A DNA stretch of 27,174 nt from a virus (lineage: Duplodnaviria > Caudoviricetes). Location: positions 1 to 27,174 of IMG/VR virus record IMGVR_UViG_3300030376_005442, one strand, 5' to 3'. Shown here piece after piece: positions 10,124 to 18,092 of this stretch. Position numbers and translations under genes: made by a program. Numbering within the stretch: the first letter of the stretch is position 1; each line of letters begins with the position of its first letter. Under the pieces are notes generated by a model. The model worked only from the letters and a program-made list of their open reading frames with translations, did no database searches and was not told where the DNA came from.

Positions 10124-13100
10124 ATGGCTAACACAATTAAATTAAAAAGAGGAAGTGGTTCTAACCCTGGTACTTCCGATCTCTCTGTAGGAGAAGTTGC
10201 CTTAAGAACCGATAATGCAACTCTATTCACAAAGAATGATGCTGGAAATATTGCCGAAATCGGTGCATCAAGTGGTGTAGTTGATGGTGATAAAGGCGAT
10301 ATAACTGTTTCTAGTTCGGGTGCGACTTGGACTATTGATGCTGGTGCAATTGATAACGCAAATATCAACAGTAGTGCAGCGATAGCAGGGTCAAAGATTT
10401 CTCCTAATTTTGGATCGCAAACTATAACTGCTGGTAGTGCAACATTTGGTAGCACTTCATTAGGTGATACTACAATTAATTCTTTAGCACCAACATTAAA
10501 CTTTGATGATAGCAACTCTACTCCTGACTACAGAATAATCAACAACAGTGGTTCTTTTGAATTTCAAGATAAGACAAATAGTTTTGCAGCTAGGATTAAG
10601 ATAAATTCTGATGGACACGTTGATGTAGCTGGTAATTTAGACGTAGGTGCTGGTATTGATGTAACAGGGAATATCTCAGTTACAGGAACAGTTGATGGAG
10701 TTGATATTGCGGCAAGAGATGGGACAGCAGCAAGAAAAGATGGCTCAAATATGGGTGCCACCACTTTCAGAGTTGATGGTGCTGATTTTATTGTTAAAGA
10801 TGATACAGATAGTACGACAAACTATATATGGAGAGATCATTCACACGACACGCTTTATTTAGGTACGGCTAACGCAGTTGTTACCCCTAGAAGTTCTGTC
10901 ATACCTAGTGCCGACAGTACTTACAACATTGGTTCAAGTTCTACAAGATTTGCAAATATTTATGGAGATAATATCTTTGGAGATGGATCTAACTTAACCT
11001 CACTTCCAGCAGGTCAATTAACAGGGACAGTAGCAGCAGCAAGATTAGACACAGCTACGACCCAATCAGCAGGAAATAATTCAACAAAAATAGCAACGAC
11101 AGCCTATACAGACACAGCGATTTCAAACTTAGTTGATAGTTCTCCTGGCGCACTAAATACATTAAATGAACTCGCAGCAGCACTTGGAGATGATGCTAAT
11201 TTCTCCACGACAGTAACAAATAGTATCGCCACTAAATTACCTTTAGCAGGCGGCACAATGAGTGGTGCGATTAATTTGAATAGTAATAATATTACAAATG
11301 GCGGTACAATTTCAGGAACATTTAGTGGATCGGGTGCATCTCTCACCAACGTCAACGCAACAACTTTAGATTCGATTGATTCTGGCTCGTTCTTAAGATC
11401 GGATGCTAATGATACGGCTAGTGGAAAAATATCTTTTACAAGTAGTTCTGATTATCCAGTAAATATTAATGGCTCGGATGATGGGAAAATAATGCTTCAA
11501 GGATCAAGTAATCCTTATATAAGATTTAGAGAAAGTACAACAAATAAAGCTTATATCCAATGGTCATCAAGTGGATATATAAATATCGCTAATCAAGAAT
11601 CAGGTGAAACCTTAAGGATAAAGGATGGTGCTAGTGGACTTAAATGGATAGTAGGAAGTACAGAACATACTGTCTGGAACGCTAGCAATGACGGAGCTGG
11701 TAGTGGGTTAGATGCAGATACTTTGGACGGTATTGAAGGTGGTTCGTTCTTACGATCTAACGCTGATGATTCTTTTAGTGGCAAATTAACTTCTACCTAC
11801 GGAAATGATGAAAAGATTGTTCTTAGTAACTCGAATAATCCTTATATAAGATTTCAAGAAGGTAGCACGGATAAAGCATATATCCAGTGGCACACTGATG
11901 GCTATCTTCGGATTGTTAATCAAGAAGATAGCTCAATATTTATTTTTAGAGATAACCCGATTTTTTCACAGGATAATGGAAGTAGTTATTTAACTATCTG
12001 GCACTCTGGAAATGATGGTTCGGGCAGTGGGTTAGATGCTGATCTTTTAGATGGACAAGAAGGTTCTTATTACAGAAACGCTTCTAACATAAACGCTGGA
12101 ACGATTGCAGCAGCTAGGGTTGCAACCCTTAATCAAGACACAACAGGAAACGCTGCAAGTGCTGATACTGTTGATATAGCTGGAAACGGTACCGATAATA
12201 GTTACTCAGTCATATTTTCTACAAACGGAGCCGCAGCAGGAAGAAGTTTAGCTATTGATTCCTCTAGCTCTCAATTCGTTTATAATCCAAGTTCTAATGT
12301 TTTAACAGTCGGTAGTGTTACAGGAAATTTAACAGGTTTAGCATCTTCGGCCTCTATATTGCACATTTCTAGAACTATTGCTGGAACTTCCTTTAATGGA
12401 TCGGCTAATATCGATATTTCATACAACAATTTAACGAATAAGCCAACAATACCGACCAATAATAATCAACTTACAAATGGTGCTGGATATATAACTTCAG
12501 CCAACGGTGGAAACGCTGCAACTTTAGATTCGATTGATTCTAGTCAGTTTGTTAGGTCTGATACTGGGGATACATTAACTGGCGATTACAACACATCAGG
12601 AAAGTGGTTAATTGGTGGTACTTATAGCAATAACCCTTATAACTCAGTATCAAGTACACGTTTACTCTTTGGAGGTGGAAATGATCAAGATAATTACTTT
12701 ATTGGAACAAATTTAGAGAATTATGGCGGCAACTACACCAAGTTAGACCTCCGTTGGCATACAGGAATAAGGATGGGGGCGCAGTCTGGTTACGGCGGAA
12801 TAAGATTTTATAATAATGAAGATTTAAGTACTGTTTTATTTTCGGTTAGCAAAGGTGATGCAAATACAAGGATTGAATCTGGCGAGCTTTATCATAATAC
12901 AAGTGGTACAAGTGACGTTTATTGGCATGTATCCAATGATGGTTCTGGTAGTGGATTAGATGCAGATACTTTGGATGGTGTTCAAGCAGGTGGATTTTTA
13001 AGAGCAGACACGGCTGACACTGCAAGTGCAGATATTACTTTTGGCGGCGGTGCTGGTGCTGTAAATATTGCAGCAGGAAGTGATATAAGATTTATTGATA

Positions 13101-13465
13101 CGACCAATAGTGCATGGACAGGTAATCCTGGCACAAATGCAAAGATTCAAGGCCATTCGGGTTACTTATATCTTGTTGGTGGTCAAAACGGAATTGTCTT
13201 TAGAGAAGATGGTACAGATAGGTGGTATCTAGACGGGAGTGGTCATATCACACCAGCTTCAAATAATACTTACGACATAGGAAAGTCAAGTCATCGAGTT
13301 AAAAATATATATACCAATGACCTTCATTTATCTAACGAAGGAGGTTCAAACTCTGTTGATGGAACATGGGGAGATTGGACACTGCAAGAAGGAGATGAAA
13401 ACATTTTTATGATTAACAACAGAACTGGTAAGAAGTATAGAATGGGTTTAGTGGAGGTTACTTAA
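10124..13465 (+). CDS. Long modular tail fibre protein
   Basis: 1113 aa, Gly/Ser/Thr/Asn-rich; RBS GGAGGT; N-terminus MANTIKLKRGSGS; LVDSSPGALNTLNELAAALGDD motif; repeated NDGxGSGLDADxLDG linkers; C-terminal domain DLHLSNEG..DGTWG.WT.QEG. Confidence 0.85.
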   Translation: MANTIKLKRGSGSNPGTSDLSVGEVALRTDNATLFTKNDAGNIAEIGASSGVVDGDKGDITVSSSGATWTIDAGAIDNANINSSAAIAGSKISPNFGSQTITAGSATFGSTSLGDTTINSLAPTLNFDDSNSTPDYRIINNSGSFEFQDKTNSFAARIKINSDGHVDVAGNLDVGAGIDVTGNISVTGTVDGVDIAARDGTAARKDGSNMGATTFRVDGADFIVKDDTDSTTNYIWRDHSHDTLYLGTANAVVTPRSSVIPSADSTYNIGSSSTRFANIYGDNIFGDGSNLTSLPAGQLTGTVAAARLDTATTQSAGNNSTKIATTAYTDTAISNLVDSSPGALNTLNELAAALGDDANFSTTVTNSIATKLPLAGGTMSGAINLNSNNITNGGTISGTFSGSGASLTNVNATTLDSIDSGSFLRSDANDTASGKISFTSSSDYPVNINGSDDGKIMLQGSSNPYIRFRESTTNKAYIQWSSSGYINIANQESGETLRIKDGASGLKWIVGSTEHTVWNASNDGAGSGLDADTLDGIEGGSFLRSNADDSFSGKLTSTYGNDEKIVLSNSNNPYIRFQEGSTDKAYIQWHTDGYLRIVNQEDSSIFIFRDNPIFSQDNGSSYLTIWHSGNDGSGSGLDADLLDGQEGSYYRNASNINAGTIAAARVATLNQDTTGNAASADTVDIAGNGTDNSYSVIFSTNGAAAGRSLAIDSSSSQFVYNPSSNVLTVGSVTGNLTGLASSASILHISRTIAGTSFNGSANIDISYNNLTNKPTIPTNNNQLTNGAGYITSANGGNAATLDSIDSSQFVRSDTGDTLTGDYNTSGKWLIGGTYSNNPYNSVSSTRLLFGGGNDQDNYFIGTNLENYGGNYTKLDLRWHTGIRMGAQSGYGGIRFYNNEDLSTVLFSVSKGDANTRIESGELYHNTSGTSDVYWHVSNDGSGSGLDADTLDGVQAGGFLRADTADTASADITFGGGAGAVNIAAGSDIRFIDTTNSAWTGNPGTNAKIQGHSGYLYLVGGQNGIVFREDGTDRWYLDGSGHITPASNNTYDIGKSSHRVKNIYTNDLHLSNEGGSNSVDGTWGDWTLQEGDENIFMINNRTGKKYRMGLVEVT
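11354..12990 (+). repeat. Dispersed direct repeats at module junctions in the long fibre gene
   Basis: Exact 23-mer CAACTTTAGATTCGATTGATTCT at 11361 and 12519; exact 20-mer TTAGATGCAGATACTTTGGA at 11708 and 12956; exact 19-mer TAATCCTTATATAAGATTT at 11509 and 11836. Confidence 0.85.
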
Positions 13466-13920
13466 TGGCTATTGACGGCGTAATGAACATCGTGCAGGTA
13501 CAACACCTGTGGTGGACTACAGCAACGTTTATGGGTAATTGTCAGAACAGACAAGATATAAGTGGTTTTGCTAAATCAATTACGACAAAATTTTCAGGAA
13601 GCAAAGTATTAGTGCATGTGCAATTTACAGGTAAGTTGATTTGTGATGGTTCGCTTGGGTTCAGGAGAAACAGCACTCAAGTTGTGGATCGTTTTTTAGG
13701 AACTGATAGAGATAATCAAGGAAGTGGTGGCTACCATGATGCAGAAACTTATGCTGGACAATATCTTGATGATTTTAGTTCAACAGCAGGAACGACATAC
13801 ACATATCAAATGACTACTATAGTTACTGGTTGCGGGGATGACGCTTACTTTAATCGAGATCCGTCAGGCTCCGACCAAAATGGTAAAAGTTCAATCACTT
13901 TATATGAGGTGTCAGCATAA
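13465..13920 (+). CDS. Small beta-rich distal fibre or receptor-binding-like protein
   Basis: TAATG-coupled to the long fibre gene; IVQV..IT.K.S.SKVLV..TYTY..SSITLYEV pattern typical of small fibre-tip proteins. Confidence 0.6.
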   Translation: MAIDGVMNIVQVQHLWWTTATFMGNCQNRQDISGFAKSITTKFSGSKVLVHVQFTGKLICDGSLGFRRNSTQVVDRFLGTDRDNQGSGGYHDAETYAGQYLDDFSSTAGTTYTYQMTTIVTGCGDDAYFNRDPSGSDQNGKSSITLYEVSA

Positions 13921-14318
13921 TGAAGCACACTGTATTGTCTGCCTTTGATGCACTTAGACCAGGAGTAAGTTACCAAGTAGACAGCCCTTTTGGATATGAA
14001 GATATAACCATAATGAGTGTCCCACATAAATCATTTGTGGATACCTCTTCACTTACGATGCCATCAGAAACAGAAATTAATAATAAAATTGCAGAGTTAG
14101 ATGCTGCAGAACCGATGAGACTATTAAGAGAAGAAAGAGATCAAAAATTATTAGAGACTGATTGGACACAGAATCCTGATGTACCAGATGCAACTAAAAC
14201 AAAGTGGCAAGTATATAGACAAGCATTGAGAGATTTACCATCCACGGCTGAGCCCAAATTAAATGCTGGTTATCATTTAGATCAGGCTTCAGTCACTTGG
14301 CCTACAGAACCAACCTGA
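13920..14318 (+). CDS. Tail fibre assembly chaperone-like protein
   Basis: C-terminal LREERDQKLLETDWTQ.PD...WQVYRQALRDLP...WPTEP motif; TAATG-coupled. Confidence 0.8.
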   Translation: MKHTVLSAFDALRPGVSYQVDSPFGYEDITIMSVPHKSFVDTSSLTMPSETEINNKIAELDAAEPMRLLREERDQKLLETDWTQNPDVPDATKTKWQVYRQALRDLPSTAEPKLNAGYHLDQASVTWPTEPT

Positions 14319-14319
14319 T

Positions 14320-14712
14320 TTACTCAGGGCCAGAATTAGCATCTGGAGTAATAGTTGGAGCAGCAGAATAAGAAGTATCCTTACTTGCAACTTCTATTTC
14401 AGTTGCTTTTTCGTTGTGCTTATCAATAGCAGATTGAACAAAACCTTCTAGCTTTTTAACTTTGTAGTCAGTCCAACCAGCTTTTACCCAGTCAACAACA
14501 GTAGTTTCACCTTCTGCTTTTTTAAGATCATCAAGTGATTTAAAGTCAGAGCCAACACCTGCTTTATTACCAGGGAAGACACAATGGCAAGAAGTTGACT
14601 TGGTTACAGATCCTTCCGTTCCAAAGATCTCTACTGTTGCTTCAGTAATGTAGTTATCATCATTTGGATCGGTTTTAAGGCTTTTTACCTTATAGACAAA
14701 AGTTGCTGCCAT
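14320..14712 (-). CDS. Hypothetical phage protein, antisense to the tail operon
   Basis: 130-aa ORF with RBS-like AAGGA and a TATACT -10 upstream; no competing long ORF on the + strand. Confidence 0.75.
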   Translation of the reverse strand: MAATFVYKVKSLKTDPNDDNYITEATVEIFGTEGSVTKSTSCHCVFPGNKAGVGSDFKSLDDLKKAEGETTVVDWVKAGWTDYKVKKLEGFVQSAIDKHNEKATEIEVASKDTSYSAAPTITPDANSGPE

Positions 14713-14732
14713 TAGTCTTAAAAGTTTCCTTT

Positions 14733-14738
14733 AGTATA
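14733..14738 (-). promoter_or_regulatory. Putative -10 element (TATACT) for the 14712 gene, in a divergent intergenic region
   Basis: AGTATA on + reads TATACT on -, 20 nt upstream of the ATG; no clear -35. Confidence 0.4.
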
Positions 14739-14797
14739 AGCCGTCTGTTGAATTAGGCGGTAGATCGGTACACTGATAGGGAACACTATAATTTTGT

Positions 14798-14998
14798 ATG
14801 TCTAGCCAACTAACTAAGTGGGAAGAAGCTCTAAAAGAAAAAACAGAGTACAAAGTAAAACTAGAAGCAGCCCTTAATCAAGTAACGGCTGAGATTCTTC
14901 AACTTCAAGGCGGTATTCAGTTTGCAAAAGAAACTGTTGAGACTGCACCTGTTCAAGAAGGACAAGATACAGAGGGAGCAGAGGAATCAGCCCAATAG
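14798..14998 (+). CDS. Small coiled-coil hypothetical protein
   Basis: 66 aa with a heptad pattern (LKEKTEYKVKLEAALNQVTAEILQLQGGI) and an acidic tail. Confidence 0.65.
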   Translation: MSSQLTKWEEALKEKTEYKVKLEAALNQVTAEILQLQGGIQFAKETVETAPVQEGQDTEGAEESAQ

Positions 14999-15050
14999 CC
15001 ACAATTAGGCTAGTGTGAGCAAGAGCTTTTAAAATTGCGTCTCTTATCAT
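14874..15050 (-). CDS. Putative small membrane protein (58 aa, MIRDAILKALAH...)
   Basis: From ATG 15050 it has one long hydrophobic stretch (SLIVAIGLIPLLPLYLVLL); it overlaps the 3' part of 14798..14998 on the opposite strand. Confidence 0.4.
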   Translation of the reverse strand: MIRDAILKALAHTSLIVAIGLIPLLPLYLVLLEQVQSQQFLLQTEYRLEVEESQPLLD

Positions 15051-15303
15051 GCAAAAAATTCTCAACATTATCAGTGTACTTTCCTTTATACTTGTAGCAG
15101 CAATCACTGGTGGCGGGGTGTTTGGTTATTTATGGATAACCAATGAAGATAATCAGAAGATGCTTCAAGATAAAGCAATGGAAAAAGTAATGGGAGCGAT
15201 GAAAATGCCTGGATTATCTGGCCCTGCTCTCCCTACTGGAGCGTTAAGTCCTAAGCAACAAAAGAACGAAGAAAAGAAAGCTTTTGGATTACCTAGCTTT
15301 TGA
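15049..15303 (+). CDS. Single-pass membrane protein
   Basis: N-terminal TM helix IISVLSFILVAAITGGGVFGYLWI, then a short helix and a Pro/Gly-rich tail. Confidence 0.75.
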   Translation: MQKILNIISVLSFILVAAITGGGVFGYLWITNEDNQKMLQDKAMEKVMGAMKMPGLSGPALPTGALSPKQQKNEEKKAFGLPSF

Positions 15304-16016
15304 TTCCTGAAATTGAAATCCCTGCTGTAGGGGTTAAACCTGTTAAAACATATTTATTGAAAGCACCTGTTGTTAATGCTCCGAACGTACCAATCAATGT
15401 ACCGATAGGGTTTCCAGTGATTGAAATGCCTTGTGTTAAAGCGAGGCGAAGTATTGAAAATGATGCCTTAATCAATAACGATCCAGATTATAATTTGATT
15501 TTGTGTAGTGGTTCGGGAGCACCTGCCTATGAGCCAATGAATTATGACCCTTTACAAATAGTGCCTATAAAAGATGAAGAGCCACAACGATACGAAGAGC
15601 CAGAAATCCCTCCAGCAGCAGCAGTGCCAGAACAACAGCCAGAAGAGTGTCCTCCCGATGGTGCGCCTGAGATTGGTACAAAAGTAGAAGAAGGTACTAA
15701 ACAGATTATTAAGTATGAATTGGTCGGAAACCGTTGTGTAACTAGATATAAAAAATTAAATGTTCAACAACAGATAATTGATGCCATTCCCACCGTTCCA
15801 CAAATTGTAAAAACTGGTTCAATAACTTTGGTGGCGACTAGCGTTGCATTAAGTTCGCCAATTTTATTGAAGGCTGTGAAACCGATACTCCAGCAGGTTA
15901 TCAAGAAGATCAAAAAGATATTAGGTAAGAAAGTAAAACGACCAAACTTATCTGAGAGGAGAACTACTTCTTATCGGGAGAAACGGGGTTTGCCTCCTGT
16001 AAAGGAGAAGAAATAA
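15300..16016 (+). CDS. Pro-rich, four-Cys protein with a C-terminal membrane anchor and basic tail
   Basis: TTG start overlapping the upstream TGA; hydrophobic ITLVATSVALSSPILL followed by a Lys/Arg-rich tail. Confidence 0.75.
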   Translation: MIPEIEIPAVGVKPVKTYLLKAPVVNAPNVPINVPIGFPVIEMPCVKARRSIENDALINNDPDYNLILCSGSGAPAYEPMNYDPLQIVPIKDEEPQRYEEPEIPPAAAVPEQQPEECPPDGAPEIGTKVEEGTKQIIKYELVGNRCVTRYKKLNVQQQIIDAIPTVPQIVKTGSITLVATSVALSSPILLKAVKPILQQVIKKIKKILGKKVKRPNLSERRTTSYREKRGLPPVKEKK

Positions 16017-16752
16017 CGTGCCTATGTGGTAAGACTTGACCCATTTTAGGTTTAACTACAACATCTTCACAGAGATGGAAGTAAGGAGAATTTTTAGCAA
16101 ACTCAATTCCACCTAGTTTCAATTTTCCACATTCACGTAATCTTGCGATGTGCCAATCTAGTTTTTTATTATCAATTAGTTGCTGTTGATGCTCTCCTTG
16201 CAGTTTTGCGTTTTTCAAGCAACGCTCTTGAAATCTTTTATCAAGTGGCATTGAAAAAGTTAAACTTGCTCCAAGATTAAGTGAGAAATTATCCTTCTGT
16301 CCTGTACGTGTTCTTTGATGATATAAAATGTCTCCTTCATCGCTGTAGACTGGAGAGTCATACCAGTATTCTCTTGGTTTAGAGAATGAATGTGAGTCAG
16401 TTACAAAGGGAGAGAATGTAAGCATCGGCCCCTGACAAACAACCCCACCTCCGTATTGGTTTTGTATAAGATTTCCCTGCAATGTCTGGATCGCCATGTT
16501 AGTTAGCGAAGCTGATGTATTAGCAACTGGGGCCGCAGTTTGTGAAGTATTAGCTAATGCACTTGAGCCACTAAATAATATTATTGCGAGAAGACTGAGG
16601 TTGTTTCTGTAACACTTTCTAAGACTGTTGTTCGATTGATTGTTGTCATGTTGGATAGACCAGGGCCAATGTAACTTTCTGCGTATTGAAACGCCTGACC
16701 TGGGTTGGCAATCGTGACGTTTGGTTTGGTTGTTAAATCTGCTCCTGTCCAT
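15964..16752 (-). CDS. Exported protein, candidate oligomeric outer-membrane channel subunit (start uncertain)
   Basis: Signal-like segment RKCYRNNLSLLAIILFSGSSALA; amphipathic strands PMLTFSPFVT and NFSLNLGASLTFSMPLD followed by a long helix; four Cys in the mature part. Confidence 0.65.
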   Translation of the reverse strand: MDRSRFNNQTKRHDCQPRSGVSIRRKLHWPWSIQHDNNQSNNSLRKCYRNNLSLLAIILFSGSSALANTSQTAAPVANTSASLTNMAIQTLQGNLIQNQYGGGVVCQGPMLTFSPFVTDSHSFSKPREYWYDSPVYSDEGDILYHQRTRTGQKDNFSLNLGASLTFSMPLDKRFQERCLKNAKLQGEHQQQLIDNKKLDWHIARLRECGKLKLGGIEFAKNSPYFHLCEDVVVKPKMGQVLPHRHVISSPLQEANPVSPDKK

Positions 16753-17015
16753 GTATAACTTACTCCATTAATTGTTTGGCTCGTTTCTGCTGGCGAAGGT
16801 GAAAGGGTCGTGCCATCAATAGACAAATTCGTTCCATTGATCGTATAAGTATGCCCAGTGTTGAAGTCAGTAGAGACAATAGATTCAGTAACATTTTGTG
16901 TAGTACGTGTAACGGCGGACATTGTACCACTAGAAAAATTTGGCACAACTGGCACTGCTATGACTGGCTTTTGCCAGCTATTTAATAACAACAATAGCAG
17001 TAAATAACGCTTCAC
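16581..17015 (-). CDS. Secreted Thr-rich beta protein with Sec signal peptide
   Basis: GTG start; MKRYLLLLLLLNSWQKPVIA signal peptide; mature part VPVVPNF... is rich in Thr/Ser/Asn and has no Cys. Confidence 0.8.
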   Translation of the reverse strand: MKRYLLLLLLLNSWQKPVIAVPVVPNFSSGTMSAVTRTTQNVTESIVSTDFNTGHTYTINGTNLSIDGTTLSPSPAETSQTINGVSYTWTGADLTTKPNVTIANPGQAFQYAESYIGPGLSNMTTINRTTVLESVTETTSVFSQ

Positions 17016-17107
17016 TTATGTATATCCATATAGTGTTTCCACATTAATAAGTTGAATGTAAAAACAATAATGACAGATATAAAGCAAACAATTAGTGGAA
17101 CGTGCAT
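17012..17107 (-). CDS. 31-aa single-TM microprotein (MHVPLIVCFISVIIVFTFNLLMWKHYMDIHK), not in the ORF track
   Basis: Translated by hand; fills the gap exactly, with a TGATG overlap upstream and a GTGA overlap downstream. Confidence 0.7.
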   Translation of the reverse strand: MHVPLIVCFISVIIVFTFNLLMWKHYMDIHK

Positions 17108-17592
17108 CACTTCACGGTGACAGAACTTACAACAGATCCAGTTGCCACAGTGCCTCCCGATCCTGGTGTTAGAGAAACAACTCCAGCACTTGTCACTGAG
17201 CCAGCAAGTGACCCTGCTGTTCCTGAAGCATGAGAAGTAACGTCACTGAAATTACCCACAGCACCGACTGAAGGAGCAGATGTTGGAACAGCGTCAGCTT
17301 GAGTGTATGCCTGGCTGAACGAAAATGATTCACCCGAAGTAGCGTTCTGAGTCGCTGCAATAGTCCCTGGGGAATAGACTCCACTTGTGATCGTGCCAGC
17401 ACTCATCGTTCCAGCAGTTGTCCCATCAGTTACATCCACTCCAGTACCAGAGATAGAGAAACTCGACCCTATGCGTTCTGCCTGAGTAACAGCAGCATTT
17501 ACCTGAAGCTGTGCGCTAGAGGTGATGCTATGTGTCAAATCTGCGTTAGCAGAAGGAGCCGCTAAAAATAGCAGCAAAAATAGCTTCTTCAT
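17107..17592 (-). CDS. Secreted Ser/Thr/Gly/Ala-rich beta protein with Sec signal peptide
   Basis: MKKLFLLLFLAAPSANA signal peptide with an AxA cleavage site; low-charge mature region; ATGA overlap with the upstream gene. Confidence 0.82.
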   Translation of the reverse strand: MKKLFLLLFLAAPSANADLTHSITSSAQLQVNAAVTQAERIGSSFSISGTGVDVTDGTTAGTMSAGTITSGVYSPGTIAATQNATSGESFSFSQAYTQADAVPTSAPSVGAVGNFSDVTSHASGTAGSLAGSVTSAGVVSLTPGSGGTVATGSVVSSVTVK

Positions 17593-18047
17593 GTGAGTTT
17601 GCCTGATTGTGGATCGACTTCTTTCCCTGTGATGGGGTCAATCTTAGGTTCTTGTGGAACCAGTTTAATAGGAGTTTCGATTCTTATGGTTTGGAACGAA
17701 CCAGACTGCTCACTAAGCATCGCCTGTATCTCTTTTTTATTCATAGGCTTTTCATCTTCTGATTTATATGTTCCATCACCACGCTTTTTCCCACCCTCTA
17801 AACCAAACGAAGCCAAGGCTCCAGTTAGCAAACTCGCAGGAAAAGTTATATCTTTAGGGTCAGAACTGTAACCTGGAATAGTTATATAGTTTAAAGTTAC
17901 GATAAATCCAGACCAAATGACAACACCCAAACGCACTGCTACACCTATGATCTGAAGCTGTTCTTCTTTATCTTCAGCGATGTCTTTTAGTTTACCAATT
18001 GGCCCTTTTTTATTAGGCTTGGCTTCAGGAGTTTGTTTTTCTGTCAT
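17589..18047 (-). CDS. Two-TM inner-membrane protein (holin-like topology)
   Basis: Likely start ATG 18047 (MTEKQTPEAK); hydrophobic segments IIGVAVRLGVVIWSGFIVTLNYI and ITFPASLLTGALASFGL; charged N- and C-termini. Confidence 0.72.
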   Translation of the reverse strand: MTEKQTPEAKPNKKGPIGKLKDIAEDKEEQLQIIGVAVRLGVVIWSGFIVTLNYITIPGYSSDPKDITFPASLLTGALASFGLEGGKKRGDGTYKSEDEKPMNKKEIQAMLSEQSGSFQTIRIETPIKLVPQEPKIDPITGKEVDPQSGKLT

Positions 18048-18092
18048 AGAAAAATAGAAACAATAGTCTAAGATTACTCCAAAAGGATAAAA

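Noticed and set aside
9057-13920. Diversity-generating retroelement or invertible shufflon acting on fibre genes
   Set aside because: Mtd-N-like anchors are present, but no reverse transcriptase, adenine-specific TR/VR pair, invertase or inverted crossover sites were seen in this window.
1166-14027. Short ORF-track entries antisense or out of frame within tail genes (1166, 3044, 4215, 5423, 7469, 7757, 9565, 10120, 10564, 11104, 11593, 13845)
   Set aside because: They lie within well-supported genes and have no recognisable motifs; typical shadow ORFs.
15295-15305. Programmed frameshift fusing 15049..15303 to 15300..16016 at CTTTTGA
   Set aside because: A 4-nt TTGA start/stop overlap is ordinary translational coupling, and there is no canonical -1 slippery heptamer.
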